This document shows positions 45,625 through 47,930 of a DNA stretch of 47,930 nt, piece after piece. The stretch lies in assembly GCA_034722035.1 (NCBI GenBank), contig JAYENK010000019.1, positions 1 through 47,930 of the forward strand, in the 5' to 3' direction. The notes beneath the pieces were generated by a model that was given only the letters and a program-made list of their open reading frames with translations, was not told the origin of the DNA and searched no databases. This stretch comes from Patescibacteria group bacterium (GTDB lineage Bacteria; Patescibacteriota; Patescibacteriia; Patescibacteriales; UBA12075). A program made the translations under genes and the position numbers. Position 1 is the stretch's first letter, and the number at the start of each line of letters is the position of its first letter.

Positions 45625-45896
45625 GTCTTTATTCTAACAAATTATTTATTTTTATCAAAGTAATGTCAATAACTTAAAAAATTATTGTTATTCACTCCTA
45701 AGTGCGTCAACCGGATTACATTACATTCCTAAACATTGCCATAAATTTTCCATTTTATTAGAACTGGCATATTTTGTCGGTGAATTTTTTAAATATTAAA
45801 TATATTAAAACACATTAACTGGAGGTACATAATAATGTCGACTCAAAATAAGTCAAATTTAAAAGATAAAAACTATAATCAATAAAGAAAAGAAAA

Positions 45897-45931
45897 AATA
45901 AAAATAAAACTCCTTATGGAGTTTTATTTTT
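45897..45931 (-). terminator. Intrinsic terminator after the surface protein gene
   Basis: AAAAATAAAACTCC-ttat-GGAGTTTTATTTTT. Confidence 0.75.
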
Positions 45932-45949
45932 ATATAGAGTATTAATCGT

Positions 45950-47155
45950 TTAATATTGGGCTAAAATATCATCATCAACATTGTTTATCAACTGTCCAGC
46001 ATATTTCCTAAGTTCGTTTAAACTGGCAATATGACTCTTTTTTCCATTCTTAATAACATACACTTTCATATCACCACCTCTGATCAATACGCCATCTCCA
46101 AATTTTTGAATTCCCAAAACCGATACTTCCGCATATTGCTCAACGACATCATCCGCAACATCGGTAATCGGCTGGCCCGCATATTGTCTAAGTTGAGCCA
46201 TTGTTTTAATATGAAGACGCGTGTTATTTTCAATCAGGTATATTCTATGCTTTTGATCGCGAATCAATTGACTTTCTTCGTTTGTATTTGATCCGTCGTA
46301 TTGGTTTAAAGTATTTTCGTCAACATCAATAATCGGAGTTCCGGCGTACTGTCTTAGTTGAGCTAAAGTTTTAATATGCTGTCTAGCACCATTCTTGATC
46401 ACATAAACCTTCTTGTCAGTTCCGCGCAATAGAGCACCGTCTTTATAGTCCATATTATCTAAAACAACTATTTCGTCATCATTCTTTTTATTATTTTTAG
46501 CTTCAGTTTGTTCCTGCCTTGGTTCTTTAGTGACTACAATTTCATCCGCTCCGTCTCCGTTAATTATAGAAAAAGCCGTTAAGTGCTTAACCGTAATAGT
46601 CGTCTTGCCTATAGCTGGATCAAAAATAGCTCCAGGAACAAGAATCCATTCTCCTTCAGCACTATTAAACCAATAAACTCCCAAACCACTAACATCCGCA
46701 GGTAACTCTGGCAATGTAAATGAGATCGTTAAATTTTTATCAAAATCTGTAACGTTATTTTTATTTATATCAGTAGCCTCAATGTGGAAAATTCTATCTC
46801 CAACCATAAACGCACCATCACTTGTATCCAGTCTTTGATTAGCATTAGCGACACTCATATGAATTTTAAAGGTAGTCTCGCCACTGACTGCATTCTTTGG
46901 TACTTCAACGTTCACTGATCCTTGCTGACCAAAATCATGAACTGCCGTACCCTCTTGAATCGGAAGAATTGTCATAGGTGAATTAATTGATGTGATAGTA
47001 CTTGAAACTGGTGTTCCTCCACTTACACCTCCGCCTCCACCATAGCCAAAGGCGGCTTTAATGCCGAATAATTCTCCATTACCGAGTTGTCCTGAAATAA
47101 TAATTACCAAGGATAAACCGATAATAATTGCACTGTTTTTAAAAATTTTACGCAT
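45950..47155 (-). CDS. Secreted surface/S-layer-like protein with three C-terminal repeats
   Basis: Signal/TM, poly-Gly linker, beta-rich domain (VEVPKNAV...VYWFN..W...HLTAFSI), three ~50-aa repeats. Confidence 0.8.
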   Translation of the reverse strand: MRKIFKNSAIIIGLSLVIIISGQLGNGELFGIKAAFGYGGGGGVSGGTPVSSTITSINSPMTILPIQEGTAVHDFGQQGSVNVEVPKNAVSGETTFKIHMSVANANQRLDTSDGAFMVGDRIFHIEATDINKNNVTDFDKNLTISFTLPELPADVSGLGVYWFNSAEGEWILVPGAIFDPAIGKTTITVKHLTAFSIINGDGADEIVVTKEPRQEQTEAKNNKKNDDEIVVLDNMDYKDGALLRGTDKKVYVIKNGARQHIKTLAQLRQYAGTPIIDVDENTLNQYDGSNTNEESQLIRDQKHRIYLIENNTRLHIKTMAQLRQYAGQPITDVADDVVEQYAEVSVLGIQKFGDGVLIRGGDMKVYVIKNGKKSHIASLNELRKYAGQLINNVDDDILAQY

Positions 47156-47242
47156 AAATTTCTTATAAATTTCTTAAATAAAATTTATTAGCCTAATATT
47201 GAGCTAATAATAAATATAATTAATGTTTTATTAAATATATAT

Positions 47243-47929
47243 TTATTTTACTCTAATTTCAAATAATGTCAAGCCCATATACTCAGTTTTTAATAAATTC
47301 GGTGAGTTCAAAAAATTATACTGAATATAATCTTTATTTGTTAAATTTTTGTAATTAATAATATACTTGATATTATTGTCCACTAAAAAGCCTAAAACCG
47401 CTTCTGGCGACTGTTTTTCATTCAAAATCGCCCTTTCTATGTCCATATATGCAGAATCAGCCGATTGACTAAAAATATATCCTATTTCCATATTTTCCCC
47501 CTGGATTATGTGTTTATCAAAAAATGAACGTGCCGGGTTAATTGATATGAGATAATTATTAAAATCTAAAGATAAATATTGATGCCAGGGCAAAAACAAA
47601 ACTTTAAAATCATCGCTATCGCTATTCAAAATTTCATTTACCTGATGCCATTCTTCCGGATACCAAACCGGTTGAATCTGCCGGGCGAATCCTCCCCAAA
47701 CGGTGTATGTAAATATGATCGGAAAAACAAAGATCGCCGTCCTAGCATATGGCCATATTTTAAAATTAAATACCATTACCTTTTCTATAAATGCGTATGC
47801 ACCAAATGTTGCGAAATAGGCATAGGAAAGAACCAGTAGTCCGCTCCATTTCTGACTGTCGCGAAAGCCGGACCAGAAACCTATGTGAGCAAATAGCCAA
47901 TCATTAATCGGCTTGAATATCGTATCAGC
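47243..47929 (-). CDS. C-terminal part of a GT-C-like polytopic membrane protein (5' end outside window)
   Basis: Frame stays open from 47776 to the window edge (ADTIFKPINDWLFAHIGFWSGFRDSQKWSGLL...); YPEEW, KVLFLPW, NIKYII. Confidence 0.65.
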   Translation of the reverse strand, partial: ADTIFKPINDWLFAHIGFWSGFRDSQKWSGLLVLSYAYFATFGAYAFIEKVMVFNFKIWPYARTAIFVFPIIFTYTVWGGFARQIQPVWYPEEWHQVNEILNSDSDDFKVLFLPWHQYLSLDFNNYLISINPARSFFDKHIIQGENMEIGYIFSQSADSAYMDIERAILNEKQSPEAVLGFLVDNNIKYIINYKNLTNKDYIQYNFLNSPNLLKTEYMGLTLFEIRVK

Positions 47930-47930
47930 T

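Noticed and set aside
45690-45830. Degraded zinc-finger gene remnant (…NLWQCL/ECNV…)
   Set aside because: Needs a frameshift, is very short and is compatible with chance.
47243-47776. Complete 177-aa protein as in the ORF track
   Set aside because: The frame stays open to the window end, so it is the C-terminus of a larger gene.

Overview
AT-rich bacterial chromosome segment, mostly minus-strand genes. TGA is used as a stop (rmlA ends in an ATGA overlap at 31150), so code 11. Gene content, A-rich SD-poor starts and small palindromic repeats suggest Patescibacteria/CPR, probably Parcubacteria (inference). In order: partial type III R-M methyltransferase, tRNA-Gln(TTG), a reduced dcw cluster (mraZ-rsmH-ftsL-ftsI-murF), short tsaB, an HtrA pseudo-protease, a beta-propeller lipoprotein, pilT, vanZ, a WecA/TagO-like transferase, a membrane-anchored Clp-like ATPase with a small partner, rpmA, pyrG, rplI, ctpA, murA, a PEGA protein, rmlD-rmlA-4xGT2-galU, dusB, cysteine synthase, a MacAB-type ABC exporter, a receiver protein, a GspG-like pilin, lexA, a secreted putative muramidase, a MEMO/LigB-like protein, a 28-aa repeat protein, a surface protein and a partial GT-C-like membrane protein. 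I found no CRISPR array, transposase, integrase or reverse transcriptase. The main unexplained signal is in the dcw operon: a ~430-nt insert between the mraZ promoter and the mraZ ATG, and a ~240-nt insert before rsmH. Both can fold into long-range multi-stem structures, with G-U pairs favouring the mRNA strand, that enclose (CAAAAA)n cores and close directly next to the start codon. The second signal is a Clp-like ATPase with a zinc finger and two TM helices that lacks both aromatic pore loops and has a degenerate NBD1. All folds and alignments were done by eye.
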